Assembly: GCA_963701025.1 (NCBI GenBank)
Contig: OY969557.1
Coordinates: 640,090 to 704,089 of the forward strand
From: an uncultured bacterium
GTDB lineage: Bacteria; Patescibacteriota; Minisyncoccia; Phycocordibacterales; PALSA-1337
Direction: 5' to 3'
DNA: 64,000 nt
The notes under the pieces were generated by a model. The model did not search any database, was not told the origin of the DNA, and saw nothing but the letters and a program-made list of their open reading frames with translations. Below, one piece after another: positions 9,546 through 18,791 of the stretch (positions are counted from its first letter, which is position 1; each line of letters opens with the position of its first letter). The position numbers were made by a program, and so were the translations under genes.

Positions 9546-9873
9546 GCTCTTATAGTATCACGGCCTTCGACTTTCCGGCGCGTCCTTTTCCTTGACTGCG
9601 CCGTCGTTTTCGCCTACCATCAAGCCAGTTTCGGTTCCTCACCCGTGTTGCGGCCTGAAGGAGGAAATACTTGGACTACCTACTTGTGAAGTCTTTTTCC
9701 CCAAGATAAGCACTTCAAAAAAGGTCGTACACAAACAAGGCCGCAGCACTTCAATTTCGAGTCCGATCTCAAATCAAAGGCGCTCCCAGTCGAGCGCCTT
9801 TTCTCATGGCGCGTTCCAGCGGCACGCATAAATCTTGATTATTCATCGGCTCCGTGATAAGCTCACCCTCACC

Positions 9874-10359
9874 ATGGCAACCAAAGTCGTCTCTCCCGTC
9901 AACGTCGAACACCGCGCCGCGCTGGACATCCGTCCCGGCGATACGGTCCGCGTCTGGCAAAAAGTCCAGGAAGACAAGGGCAAATTCCGCCTGCAGGCCT
10001 TCGAGGGCCTAGTCCTCGCCAGGAAGCACGGCCGCGAAGCCGGCGGCACTTTCACCGTGCGCAAAGTCATCGACGGCATCGGCGTCGAGCGCATCTTCCC
10101 CCTGTATTCGCCCATGATCGACGAGGTCGAGATGGTGCGCCGTTCCAAGGTCCGCCGGGCCAAGCTTTATTTCGTCCGCCGCAAAGCCGCCAAGGAGATC
10201 CGGCACCAGATGCGCCGCATCATGGCGGCAAAGTACGAAGAGGAGGCTCCGCCAGCTGGCGGACCAGCGGTCGCGAGTGTTGTTCCTACTGCCGCTCCGG
10301 CTGACGCTTCCGCCGCGGTCATTGCGGAGGCGCCCAAAGCCGAGACTACGAAAAAATAA
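9874..10359 (+). CDS. rplS: 50S ribosomal protein L19 with Ala/Pro-rich C-terminal extension
   Basis: [26 protein letters not shown]....FTVRK...[27 protein letters not shown] is the L19 signature. Start set at MATKVV; the ORF track starts 39 nt earlier. Confidence 0.85.
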   Translation: MATKVVSPVNVEHRAALDIRPGDTVRVWQKVQEDKGKFRLQAFEGLVLARKHGREAGGTFTVRKVIDGIGVERIFPLYSPMIDEVEMVRRSKVRRAKLYFVRRKAAKEIRHQMRRIMAAKYEEEAPPAGGPAVASVVPTAAPADASAAVIAEAPKAETTKK

Positions 10360-10398
10360 CGATATCTGCTATAGTTCACGAGTACTTTGCGAATGAAC

Positions 10399-10482
10399 GC
10401 GCGGGTGGCGAAACTGGTAGACGTTTACGCTTGAGGTGCGTAAGCCCTTACGGGCGTGGAGGTTCGATTCCTCTCCCGCGCA
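10399..10482 (+). tRNA. tRNA-Leu (anticodon GAG), long variable arm
   Basis: Acceptor GCGCGGG/CCCGCGC, D-arm TGGCGAAACTGGTAGACG, anticodon stem TACGC/GCGTA with loop TTGAGGT, extra arm, T-arm GGAGG-TTCGATT-CCTCT. Confidence 0.8.
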
Positions 10483-10575
10483 CATGTGATTCTGGCTCCC
10501 ATACTCCGCTTCGCTCCGTTTGGGAGCTTCGCTCGGACTGAAAGTCCAAACGAGCTTGTCCTTTCATCCTCGCTC

Positions 10576-10646
10576 GCTCCCATAGTTTAATGGATAGAAC
10601 GCGAGCCTCCGAAGTTCGCGGTCCAGGTTCGATTCCTGGTGGGAGC
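10576..10646 (+). tRNA. tRNA-Arg (anticodon CCG), copy 1
   Basis: GCTCCCA TA GTTT AATGGATA GAAC G CGAGC CTCCGAA GTTCG CGGTC CAGG TTCGATT CCTGG TGGGAGC A. Confidence 0.8.
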
Positions 10647-10758
10647 ACATGTGATTCTGGCTCCCATACTCCGCTTCGCTCCCATACTCCGCTTCGCTCC
10701 GTTTGGGAGCTTCGCTCGGACTGAAAGTCCAAACGAGCTTGTCCTTTCATCCTCGCTC

Positions 10759-10830
10759 GCTCCCATAGTTTAATGGATAGAACACGAGCCTCCGAAGTTC
10801 GCGGTCCAGGTTCGATTCCTGGTGGGAGCA
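10759..10830 (+). tRNA. tRNA-Arg (anticodon CCG), copy 2 (one substitution in D-arm/position 26)
   Basis: Same cloverleaf as copy 1 with GAACACGAGCC in place of GAACGCGAGCC. Preceded by a duplicated spacer. Confidence 0.8.
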
Positions 10831-11100
10831 CAAATTCGCGAAAAACTCGGAATCGCCCGAAAAAGGCGAAAGCACATCACAATGCGGAGGGCGGGGCGGC
10901 ATTCCTCCCCAGACCCCTCCTGCCGCCCCGCCCGCTTCATTGTTGGCGTTTTTGGGGATTTCGGACACGAAGGCGAAGGGTGCACGAGGCGAAAAAACGA
11001 GGGCGCGGTCGCGGAGGAGTGGGTTCGAACCGACCTTTTGGAAAAATTCCCGAATTTTCATCTGATCATCGCTCCTCGCCAAAATACCGGCTTGTTTACA
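10831..11100. repeat. GC-rich structured repeat, module P1, copy A (abuts 3' end of tRNA-Arg)
   Basis: About 95% identical to the reverse complement of 13893-14100. Contains a long imperfect hairpin GCGGAGGGCGGGGCGGCA-loop-TGCCGCCCCGCCCGC. The 10773..11117 and 10822..11109 ORFs inside it are treated as spurious. Confidence 0.6.
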
Positions 11101-11171
11101 GTCGTTTAGGAAGTTGACTACCGGTTCGAACCGACTCGACGAGACGCGTCCGAAAGCTACCAATTTGTCTT

Positions 11172-12387
11172 TCAAAATCTGCTTTTCGGTAGACGAGCTT
11201 GTTTTTGGTAGTCTTGATATTCTTCCAGCGTCAAAGCGTTCTCAAGATAAGCGGTCATAAGTTTGTCGAGCTTGGCATCAACAGCCGTGACTTCAGCATT
11301 CACTTTTTGAATTTGGTCTTTTGAGGAATTGTTGTCTTCAGCTTTCTCTTTCTCAACCTCGGCAATGAGCCAATCGGCCACAGCATCAGACAACGATACT
11401 TTCTCCAGTTCCGTTTTGATCATATCGGTCATAGCCTCCTCGCGGACATACTTTTGCGAGCATGGTCCCTTCCTTTTGGTACATCGCAAGTAGTTATGGC
11501 CTTTCTGCGTCTCGGCGGTGATGGAACAGCCGCATTCGCCGCACTTGAATAGTCCGCGATATACATACGGTTTCAAACCACCACCGTGCTGAGGTTTGCT
11601 TTTTCTGCGTCATCATCTCCTGGCAAGTGTCAAAAAGCTTCTTCGTGATGATAGGCTCATGCTTACCTTCGTAAAACTCGCCGCCCACGTACATGAGTCC
11701 ATGGTACAGGGTATTTTTGAGAAGAGATTGATAGTTGGAAATGGAAAGCTCTTTTCCCGTATGGCTTCTTAAGCCAAGAGTGCCCATGACCTTCTTCAAT
11801 CCAGAGAGGGTGTAGTTGCCGGAGCCGTATGCTTCAAACATTTTCCTAATAAGCGGAGCTCTATCAGGATCGACAATGATCGATTTGCTTTTCTTGTCCC
11901 ACAGATATCCCATCGGAGCTTTATGCGGCCAGATGCCATTCTTCAATTTCTGACGATAACTGCGTTTGATATTCTCCGAGAGGTTGTCGACAAAATATTT
12001 ACTCTGGCCGAAGGCAATGGAGAGCATGAATTTGCCCTGCGGAGTTGCATCAAACCAGAATGTCGGGAACTTGAGATCCGTAATCATGCCGGTATCCACG
12101 AGATATATCACCTTACCTCCATCAACCGAGTTGCGAGCTAAACGATCTGGATGCCATGCGAGGATACCAGAAGCCTCACCGGCCTCTATACGCTCCAACA
12201 TCTCCGCGAATACAGGCCTGCCCGGTACTTTCGCCGTTTGTTTCTCGACGAAAATATCAACGACCTCCAGTTGCTCTTTTTTGGCGAGCTCGCGCAGCTC
12301 GGAGAGCTGGTCGGCAAGCGATCTCACTTGCCGATCCTCGGTGTCGGTAGACTTTCTGGTATAAATAAAATATTTTTTCTCACTCAT
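11172..12387 (-). pseudogene. large serine recombinase (resolvase catalytic domain, recombinase domain, zinc ribbon, coiled-coil), interrupted by a frameshift
   Basis: ORF 11494..12387 has the N-terminal YTRKSTD..Q..SL..Q resolvase motif with catalytic Ser plus a recombinase domain. ORF 11172..11576 has the zinc ribbon (KPYVYRGLFKCGECGCS...YLRC) and a coiled-coil. The frames switch at an A5 run (cagaaaaagc, about 11590-11600). Confidence 0.75.
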
Positions 12388-12481
12388 GGATACATTTTAC
12401 CATTTTTCAGTGAAGTCAAGAAAAGTTCATAAGAAGGGGATAGAAATACATTCATACGAATTTTCGTTGACTACTTGACAC

Positions 12482-13000
12482 ATGACCATATTTGATATAG
12501 TTTCTAAATCAGAAAGGATTAGAATTATGAAAAATCGAATTGTAGTGACTGTTCTTCACGACATGGCTGGCAGTTTGTATGAGCAGGGTTGGCGGAATGG
12601 CCTATTTAGGCCGATCGCTCATATGTCGCTTGGGTATGGCTCGGATGGATGCAAAGACACGGAGGTGGATTTCGCCGAATCAATCACATTCCTTGTGGAA
12701 GCTGTCAACGATGAAAAATCGCGAGTATTGGTTCTTGGAACCTGTCCGCGGACCATTACATCATCATGGATCAAAGCTGCTGAATTGGTTATCAAGGGGA
12801 GCGACGTCAAAACAGTCGTTATACCCATTGCCAAGCTTCTTAACAGGGACATGAGCAACCCGATGATTGACGGCTCGATCATCTTTGTTGATAAGTCAGG
12901 CATTTTCAGGATCGAAAAGCCCGGCCATATGTTAGCAAATGATTTTGTCGAGGTATTCTCTCAGAGTGCCAGACTCTTCAATCAACAAGTGTCTGGATAA
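12482..13000 (+). CDS. hypothetical protein (moderately low GC)
   Basis: 172 aa ORF with no recognisable motifs. Followed by an intrinsic terminator. Confidence 0.4.
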   Translation: MTIFDIVSKSERIRIMKNRIVVTVLHDMAGSLYEQGWRNGLFRPIAHMSLGYGSDGCKDTEVDFAESITFLVEAVNDEKSRVLVLGTCPRTITSSWIKAAELVIKGSDVKTVVIPIAKLLNRDMSNPMIDGSIIFVDKSGIFRIEKPGHMLANDFVEVFSQSARLFNQQVSG

Positions 13001-13020
13001 TACACTTTCTCAAATCACAA

Positions 13021-13049
13021 AGGTCCGGTCATCATACCCGGCCTTTTTT
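13021..13049 (+). terminator. Rho-independent terminator after 12482..13000
   Basis: GGTCCGG tcatcatac CCGGCC followed by TTTTTT. Confidence 0.5.
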
Positions 13050-13051
13050 AA

Positions 13052-13635
13052 TTCCAAGGAAACCCCGCATGAGGAAGACGCATGGCTTCCGAAATGCGGG
13101 GATGAATTGGTCCATCTGCGTATCGCCTCCGGAGGAGGCGACATGGTACGCTAAAGGTTCCATGAGGACCCGAAGCTTAAACCACTCGGTATATCAGACT
13201 CAATATCACATTGTCTGGGGCACGAAGTATCGCAGGAAGTACCTGAAGGACTATGTAAACACCGAATTCAGGCTGGCCTGCTGGGAAGTAGTGAAGAAAT
13301 ATCCCACGCTCTTCATACATACGGTAAACACGGACAACGATCATATCCACCTCCAGATCGAGATACCACCGAATATGTCTGTGGCTGCCGTCGTCAAGGC
13401 ACTTAAGATCGAATCGAGCGTGAGGCTCAAGAAACGATTCAAATTCATCAGGGAGATGTACATCGACGGCAGCATCTGGAGCGTGGGGTATTTTGTCTCC
13501 ACCATCGGCCTAAACGAAACTCAAATCAAGAATTACATACAATACCAAGGCAAGAAGGACCTCGGCCACACCCTCCGCATACGCTTCGGGTCCTCGTGAC
13601 CCTAAAAGGAAACCCCGCATGAAATGCGGGGAGGA
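13052..13635 (+). mobile_element. IS200/IS605-family insertion sequence (tnpA only), with subterminal hairpins
   Basis: Left end AAGGAAACCCCGCATG...CATGCGGGG is a compound hairpin (13063-13101). Right end AAGGAAACCCCGCATGAAATGCGGGG is a perfect 8-bp hairpin (13613-13631). Both ends share the AAGGAAACCCCGCATG sequence and bracket a Y1 transposase gene. Confidence 0.65.
13162..13599 (+). CDS. tnpA: IS200/IS605-family transposase TnpA (HUH Y1 transposase)
   Basis: YHIVWGTKYRRKYL, the HUH motif DHIHLQIEIPP, and the SIWSVGYFVSTIG region with catalytic Tyr. About 145 aa, typical TnpA size. Confidence 0.8.
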   Translation: MRTRSLNHSVYQTQYHIVWGTKYRRKYLKDYVNTEFRLACWEVVKKYPTLFIHTVNTDNDHIHLQIEIPPNMSVAAVVKALKIESSVRLKKRFKFIREMYIDGSIWSVGYFVSTIGLNETQIKNYIQYQGKKDLGHTLRIRFGSS

Positions 13636-13649
13636 GGTCATTATACTTA

Positions 13650-14300
13650 AAATTATTTCATAACACACGTACCGCCGAGAAGCGGTCGACTTCCGCTTCT
13701 CCTCACGGACTTTTGTTCGCGCCCGGCGGATGTCGGTGCGGCGGAGCACCCCACGGTCGCCCAAAAGCGACGGTGGAAGGTGCGAGAGCCGTACGGACAG
13801 ACGCTCCGGGCGCGCCACAGGCTCTGTGGAAGCGGAAGTGGGCCGCTTCGAGCCACTGCGATGATTGCGATCTGCGTTTGCGATGAAAGATAAATAAGCC
13901 GGTGAGAATCCGACTCCTCCGCGACCGCGCCCTCGTTTTTTCGCCTCGTGCACCCTTCGCCTTCGTTCCGGAAATCCCCAAAAACGCCAACAAGGATGCG
14001 GGCGGGGCGGCAGGAGGGGTCTGGGGAGGAATGCCGCCCCGCCCTCCGCATTGTGATTTGCTTTCGTCTTTTTCGGGCGATTCCGAGTTTTTCGCGAATT
14101 TGTGCCGATTCCTGAACAAAGTTCGAACCTTTTTCGCCGAAAATCCGACATGAATGGTTGCGCCTTCGCTCTGCTCGGCGCGGTGAAAGGGCGGACGGAG
14201 GACTGGGGGTGTGGGGGAAGGACTCCGTCCGCCCTTCCTCTTCGTTTTCGCGCGCCGCCGTGCCGGTTTTTTCGGGCGGGGGCGCTGAAATCTTATCCAC
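13650..14300. repeat. composite GC-rich structured repeat, copy B (modules H + P1 + P2)
   Basis: H module at 13677-13852 is bounded by hairpins GAGAAGCGG-TCGACTT-CCGCTTCTC and GAAGCGG-AAGTGGG-CCGCTTC. P1 at 13893-14100 matches the reverse complement of 10831-11060. P2 at 14100-14290 contains the perfect 12-bp hairpin GGGCGGACGGAG...CTCCGTCCGCCC and matches the reverse complement of 23171-23395. Three overlapping minus-strand ORFs in all three frames are taken as GC artefacts. Confidence 0.6.
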
Positions 14301-14383
14301 ATATAAGGAAATTGACATTTAGATAAGGATACGCTACCCTTACTAATATGGTATGTATTTACATACAGAATTAATTTATCACT

Positions 14384-14602
14384 ATGAATCAAGATCAAAA
14401 AAGAGAACGATTTAAACGCTTAGGAGTACAGCGTACGAACGCTGTTTTACAGAAGCTAAAAGTGCTTGGCAATTGTTCGAATAGAAGCGCTTATAACTAT
14501 ACCGAGGAAGAAATCAATAAAATCTTTTTAGAGGTTGAACGCCGGGTTCGTGAGACCAAAGCAAAATTCCACTTTCCTAAGAATAAAGAATTTAAACTAT
14601 GA
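14384..14602 (+). CDS. small basic protein, translationally coupled to downstream GHKL ATPase
   Basis: 72 aa and Lys/Arg-rich. Its stop overlaps the next ATG (ATGA). Begins a sharply low-GC islet immediately after the GC-rich repeat. Confidence 0.45.
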   Translation: MNQDQKRERFKRLGVQRTNAVLQKLKVLGNCSNRSAYNYTEEEINKIFLEVERRVRETKAKFHFPKNKEFKL

Positions 14603-16965
14603 AAAATGAGGATATTAAGAATCTTGCTCTTGCATTAGTTAAGGCAGATACAGAGAAAGAGGTTGTTAAAGTCTTAAAAGATTTTTATCTTTGGGATGAC
14701 CAAAAATCTTGGAAGGAAGTTGATCAAAGCGCAGGAAACTGGTCAACAATCGGGAACCAACAAAGTGCGCCCGACACTGCACTTGTCGAGAAGATAATTA
14801 ATTCGGTCGATGCAGTATTAACACGGGAATGTCTAAGGGAAGGCATAGACCCCAAAAGTGACGCGGCACCTAAAAGTATCGTAGAAGCTCAAAAAAGATA
14901 TTTTGGAATCCATAACGGAAAACTTTCTAGTATTGATGCCAATATGAGAGCGAGTATCGCGGAGAATATTTTTCTTGTCGCTACTGGCGATAAGACAAAT
15001 CCCTCCTACTCAATAATTGACTTAGGAGAAGGTCAATCACCGGAGTCTTTTTCTGATACCTTTCTGTCTCTGAATAGAGGAAATAAAAGTAATGTTCAAT
15101 TTGTACAAGGAAAGTTCGGAATGGGCGGTACGGGAGTTTTCAGATTTGGCAGTCCGGAACATAACCTTCAATTAATAATTTCTAAAAAAGATCCCTCTAT
15201 TAAGTTTGGTAAGAAAAGCGAACAATGGGGGATGACCGTCATTAGACGTATTCCTCCGACTGGACAAATGCGAAGTTCAATTTTTACATATCTTGCTCCA
15301 AATAACAGCGTTCTCTCTTTTACTGCACAATCCCTACCTCTTTTGCCGGGAAAACACCCCAATGCTTACTCGAATCAGCTTTCGTGGGGGTCATTTATAA
15401 AGATCTATGAGTATGATCTCGTCGGCCTTAAAAGTAACGTACGATTTGATTTGTTTTATCGTCTATCATTGCTTTTGCCAAATATAGCTTTACCAATAAC
15501 TCTTTGTGAGCGAAGAGATTATAACGACAAAGATGGTAAAACGAGGGATATGAAGATTACCATGTCTGGATTAAGTGTTCGTCTTGACGAAGACAAAAGA
15601 GATAATCTTGAAGAGGATTTTCCCAGCACAGGTGAATTAAGTGTAAAAGGTCAGAGAATGGATTATTCAATATATGCTTTTAAAAAAGATCGCAGGAGGA
15701 CTTATTCAGGAAATGAAGGCGTTGTGTTTACTGTAAATGGTCAGGCTCATGGCTTTTTACCAAAAACATTTTTTGAACGCAAGGCAGTTGGCATGTCGTA
15801 TCTTTCCGATAGCATCCTTATTCTCATTGACTGTTCGAAGATTGACAGAAGAAGACAGGAAGATTTATTTATGAACAGCCGTGATCGTCTTAGCGGCGGA
15901 CCACTTCAAAGTGAAATTGAACAGCAATTAGAGGAAATCATTAAAAATCACCAAGGCCTCCGGGCATTAAGAGAGAAGAGACGCAGAGAAGATATTGAGA
16001 ATAAATTACAAGATTCAAGACCGTTGGCGGAAGTTCTCGAAAACATAATAAAGAAATCTCCATCTCTATCAAGTCTATTTACGCAAGGAGTAAGGATAAA
16101 AAATCCTTTCAATCTTGCCGGTGCAACGGAAAATGGGAAGTTTAAGAGTAAAAAATTCCCGACTTATTTTGAGCTGACGAAGAAATATCCAGCTGAAAAA
16201 CCAAAATCATGCCCTATTAACAACAGGAAGTTTCGTATTCAATTTGAGACTGATGCGGAGAATGATTATTTCAATCGAGATAAAGAGCCGGGTGGTATAA
16301 CTGTTAAGATAAACGGGGGCACTATTGAAGACTATTCGCTTAATCTATGGAATGGATTGGCAACTCTGAATATTGAGATTCCCAATACGGTAAAAATTGG
16401 GGATATTCTCTGTTTTTCAACAGAAGTAATAGATCATACACGAGTAGAGCCATTTTCTAACGAATTTTGTATAAAAATTGAAGAATCTCAAAAAGACGGG
16501 GAAGGAAAAAATGGTGATAGGAAAAAATCTTCAGGAAAGAAATCTGGCGAGGGAAGGAAAAAGCCCACATATCTTGATATTCCGAATGCTTGGGAAGTAC
16601 GTAGAAATGAATGGGACAAGCACAGCTTTGATGACAAGAGTGCTTTGAAGGTTGTAGATGCGGGGGAAGAGTCCGGGTACGATTTTTATATCAACATGGA
16701 TAATGTCTACCTCCAGATGGAAATCAAGGAGAATATAAAGGTTGACCCCAAGCTTCTGGAAGCAAGATTTAAGTATGGAATGGTTTTGCTAGGTATCTCG
16801 CTACTTGATTTTGAAGAGAAGAATAAGAAAACAGAAAGTCAATCCTCAAGAGAAAATGATAACATGTCAATCTTTGATAAAATTTTACTTTTTTCGAGAG
16901 CAATTTCCCCGACACTGCTCCCGATGATTGCCTCACTTGGAGATTTACAGCTAGGAACAGAGTAG
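14599..16965 (+). CDS. large GHKL/Bergerat-fold ATPase (Hsp90/MORC/sacsin-like HATPase) with long uncharacterised C-terminal region
   Basis: N-box VEKIINSVDAVL (E..N..DA), G1 box IIDLGEGQS (D.G.G), G2 box GKFGMGGTGVF. 788 aa with a Lys-rich low-complexity segment near residue 640. Low-GC islet. Confidence 0.6.
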   Translation: MKNEDIKNLALALVKADTEKEVVKVLKDFYLWDDQKSWKEVDQSAGNWSTIGNQQSAPDTALVEKIINSVDAVLTRECLREGIDPKSDAAPKSIVEAQKRYFGIHNGKLSSIDANMRASIAENIFLVATGDKTNPSYSIIDLGEGQSPESFSDTFLSLNRGNKSNVQFVQGKFGMGGTGVFRFGSPEHNLQLIISKKDPSIKFGKKSEQWGMTVIRRIPPTGQMRSSIFTYLAPNNSVLSFTAQSLPLLPGKHPNAYSNQLSWGSFIKIYEYDLVGLKSNVRFDLFYRLSLLLPNIALPITLCERRDYNDKDGKTRDMKITMSGLSVRLDEDKRDNLEEDFPSTGELSVKGQRMDYSIYAFKKDRRRTYSGNEGVVFTVNGQAHGFLPKTFFERKAVGMSYLSDSILILIDCSKIDRRRQEDLFMNSRDRLSGGPLQSEIEQQLEEIIKNHQGLRALREKRRREDIENKLQDSRPLAEVLENIIKKSPSLSSLFTQGVRIKNPFNLAGATENGKFKSKKFPTYFELTKKYPAEKPKSCPINNRKFRIQFETDAENDYFNRDKEPGGITVKINGGTIEDYSLNLWNGLATLNIEIPNTVKIGDILCFSTEVIDHTRVEPFSNEFCIKIEESQKDGEGKNGDRKKSSGKKSGEGRKKPTYLDIPNAWEVRRNEWDKHSFDDKSALKVVDAGEESGYDFYINMDNVYLQMEIKENIKVDPKLLEARFKYGMVLLGISLLDFEEKNKKTESQSSRENDNMSIFDKILLFSRAISPTLLPMIASLGDLQLGTE

Positions 16966-17029
16966 CCAGAAATGTTGATAAAAGAAAACAGAACAGGTTT
17001 GATATGATAAAATTACACTCTGTCGAATT

Positions 17030-17791
17030 ATGCAAAAACTTTTCATCAAAAACCGTAAGGACCAGAAAATCGCCGTCGTCATAGATCAGCCCGCCAAAGC
17101 GCGTGGTATGGCTTTCGTGACCCACGGTCTGGGCGGATTCAAGGAACAGGCCCACATCCGAACCATGGCGCAAGCTTTTCTCGATAACGGCTATACCGTG
17201 GTGACATTCGATACCACGAATACATTCGGCGAAAGCGACGGAAGCTATGACGATGCCACCGTAACCAATTATTCTGAAGATCTCGAGGATGTCGTAGCTT
17301 GGTCAAAAAGCCAACCGTGGTACATGGAACCATTCTGTCTGGCCGGACACAGCCTGGGTGCCATTTCTGTCGCCCTGTATGCCCAGAAATATCCGAAGCT
17401 CGTCAAAGGCCTGGCTCCAATCTCCACGGTAGTATCAGGCAAATTAAGCATGGACAGGGAGAAAGATTTCGATGGTTGGAAGAAAAAGGGGTATCAAGAA
17501 AAGATCAGTAACTCAAAGCCTGGTCTTGTCGGCAAGCTCAAGTGGTCGCATATGGAAGATCGGCTCAAATATGATCTCTTGCCAAAAGCAAATCTCCTGA
17601 CCATGCCGGTCTTGATGATAGTCGGCTCAGAAGATGTGCCTACGCCAGTGCGTCATCAGCAAATACTCTACGACGCATTGCCTGGCAGGAAAGAGATGTA
17701 TGTCATAGAAGGATCGCCGCATACATTCAGAGATGAGAAGCATCTGAAGCAGGTGTACCAACATTTTGATAAGTGGATTAAGACTTTATAA
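17030..17791 (+). CDS. alpha/beta-fold hydrolase (dienelactone hydrolase / S9-like)
   Basis: HGLGG oxyanion region, nucleophile elbow GHSLG, late acidic residue (GSEDVP) and His (SPHTF) in canonical order. Confidence 0.75.
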   Translation: MQKLFIKNRKDQKIAVVIDQPAKARGMAFVTHGLGGFKEQAHIRTMAQAFLDNGYTVVTFDTTNTFGESDGSYDDATVTNYSEDLEDVVAWSKSQPWYMEPFCLAGHSLGAISVALYAQKYPKLVKGLAPISTVVSGKLSMDREKDFDGWKKKGYQEKISNSKPGLVGKLKWSHMEDRLKYDLLPKANLLTMPVLMIVGSEDVPTPVRHQQILYDALPGRKEMYVIEGSPHTFRDEKHLKQVYQHFDKWIKTL

Positions 17792-17800
17792 TTTAACCAT

Positions 17801-18337
17801 ATGTCCATCACTCTTATTTTTGAAGCTCACGGCACTACATTCGATAACGAAGCACATTTGTCTTCGGGCTGGAATGATGTGGCGTTGTCGCCGCTTGGAG
17901 AGAAGCAGTCAAAAGAGATGGGCGAACGCTACAAGGAAGATCATTTCGATGCTATTTTCTGCTCTGACCTACAGCGCGCCTATCACTCAGCCGAGATCGC
18001 TTTTGGTGATAAGTTTCCAATCATACAAGATAAGCGCTTACGTGAATGCGACTATGGCGACTTTACACAAAAGCCGAGTGAAATCGTAGATGCGGAAAAA
18101 CCAAAGCACATCACGGTGCCATTTCCTCGCGGTGAAAGTTATATACGGACTACACACCGAATGGGGTTATTTATCGATCACTTGAAGAAAAATTATGACG
18201 GTAAACGCGTCATGGTCATCGGCCATCGCGCTACACAGTATGGCATTGAAAACATCGTAAACGGCGTGCCGCTCGAACAGCTTGTTACCACGCATTTCAA
18301 GTGGCAGCCGGGGTGGAAATATGAGCTAAACAAATAA
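17801..18337 (+). CDS. histidine phosphatase (phosphoglycerate mutase-like) family protein
   Basis: N-terminal AHGTT..N (RHG-like motif with Arg replaced by Ala), ..G..D..LS..G..Q, DAIFCSDLQRAYHSAEI, and a later VMVIGHRATQ. Overall PGM-fold architecture. Confidence 0.55.
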   Translation: MSITLIFEAHGTTFDNEAHLSSGWNDVALSPLGEKQSKEMGERYKEDHFDAIFCSDLQRAYHSAEIAFGDKFPIIQDKRLRECDYGDFTQKPSEIVDAEKPKHITVPFPRGESYIRTTHRMGLFIDHLKKNYDGKRVMVIGHRATQYGIENIVNGVPLEQLVTTHFKWQPGWKYELNK

Positions 18338-18339
18338 TT

Positions 18340-18777
18340 ATGAAAAATTGTGTATATTGCACATTGCCGGAAATACAAGCCAGAAGAGTTACAGAGAACA
18401 AACTCGCTGTAGCTTTTCCGACTAATATTCCGATAACTCCTGGACACATGCTTATCATTCCGAAAAGATGCGTTGCACGCTATGAAGATTTAACAAGCGA
18501 TGAGAAAAATGCAATCGAGGAACTCCGAATGAAGATCGTTGGTGCTCTGAAGAAGGTATTTGGCGCGGAGGGTTTTAATTTTGCATGGAATGATGGCAAA
18601 CTTGCAGGTCAATCCATTCCGCATTTTCATTTACATATAATCCAGAGAAAACACGGTGATACAGGTATTCTTGAATATGAGCCAAGGAAGTTTATCTACA
18701 GACCAGGTGAACGAGAGACTTCTCCAGAGGAGGAACTGCTTGCGATAAGTGAGCTAGTCAAAAAGGAGATAAAGTAA
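18340..18777 (+). CDS. HIT (histidine triad) family protein
   Basis: Histidine triad HFHLHII plus the upstream P..PGH.L.IPKR motif. Confidence 0.85.
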   Translation: MKNCVYCTLPEIQARRVTENKLAVAFPTNIPITPGHMLIIPKRCVARYEDLTSDEKNAIEELRMKIVGALKKVFGAEGFNFAWNDGKLAGQSIPHFHLHIIQRKHGDTGILEYEPRKFIYRPGERETSPEEELLAISELVKKEIK

Positions 18778-18791
18778 AAATCTTAAAATAT

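Larger units (their letters stand above)
10483..10830. repeat. tandem duplication of a [about 95-110 bp spacer + tRNA-Arg(CCG)] unit
   Basis: Spacer catgtgattctggctcccatactccgcttcgctccgtttgggagcttcgctcggactgaaagtccaaacgagcttgtcctttcatcctcgctcgc occurs at 10483-10575 and again at 10647-10758 with an extra internal 18-nt duplication. Each copy is followed by a near-identical tRNA-Arg. Confidence 0.75.

Noticed and set aside
10448-10831. 127-aa minus-strand ORF with an internally repeated peptide (LPPGIEPGPRTSEARVLSIKLWERARMKGQARLDFQSERSSQTERSGVWE x2)
   Set aside because: It is the antisense translation of the tandemly duplicated tRNA-Arg plus spacer unit. The repeat in the peptide simply mirrors the DNA duplication, so it is not a gene.
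10773-11117. ORFs 10773..11117 and 10822..11109 (+) and 10747..11175 / 10770..10985 (-)
   Set aside because: They lie within repeat module P1 and the tRNA 3' end. The same reasoning applies as for copy B.
13677-13852. Module H as RNase P RNA or tmRNA
   Set aside because: The terminal GAAGCGG...CCGCTTC pairing superficially resembles RNase P P1. However, the universally conserved P4 segments (AGGAAAGTCCGGGCTCC / ACAGAAACCCGGCTTA) and the tmRNA tRNA-like 3' end are absent.
13510-14398. Three long overlapping minus-strand ORFs (213, 221, 231 aa) in all three frames, and the matching plus-strand ORFs 13902..14153 and 14102..14326
   Set aside because: They cover the GC-rich repeat copy B. Overlap in three frames, Arg/Pro/Gly-rich low-complexity translations and near-identical DNA at two other loci in other orientations all indicate non-coding structured DNA.
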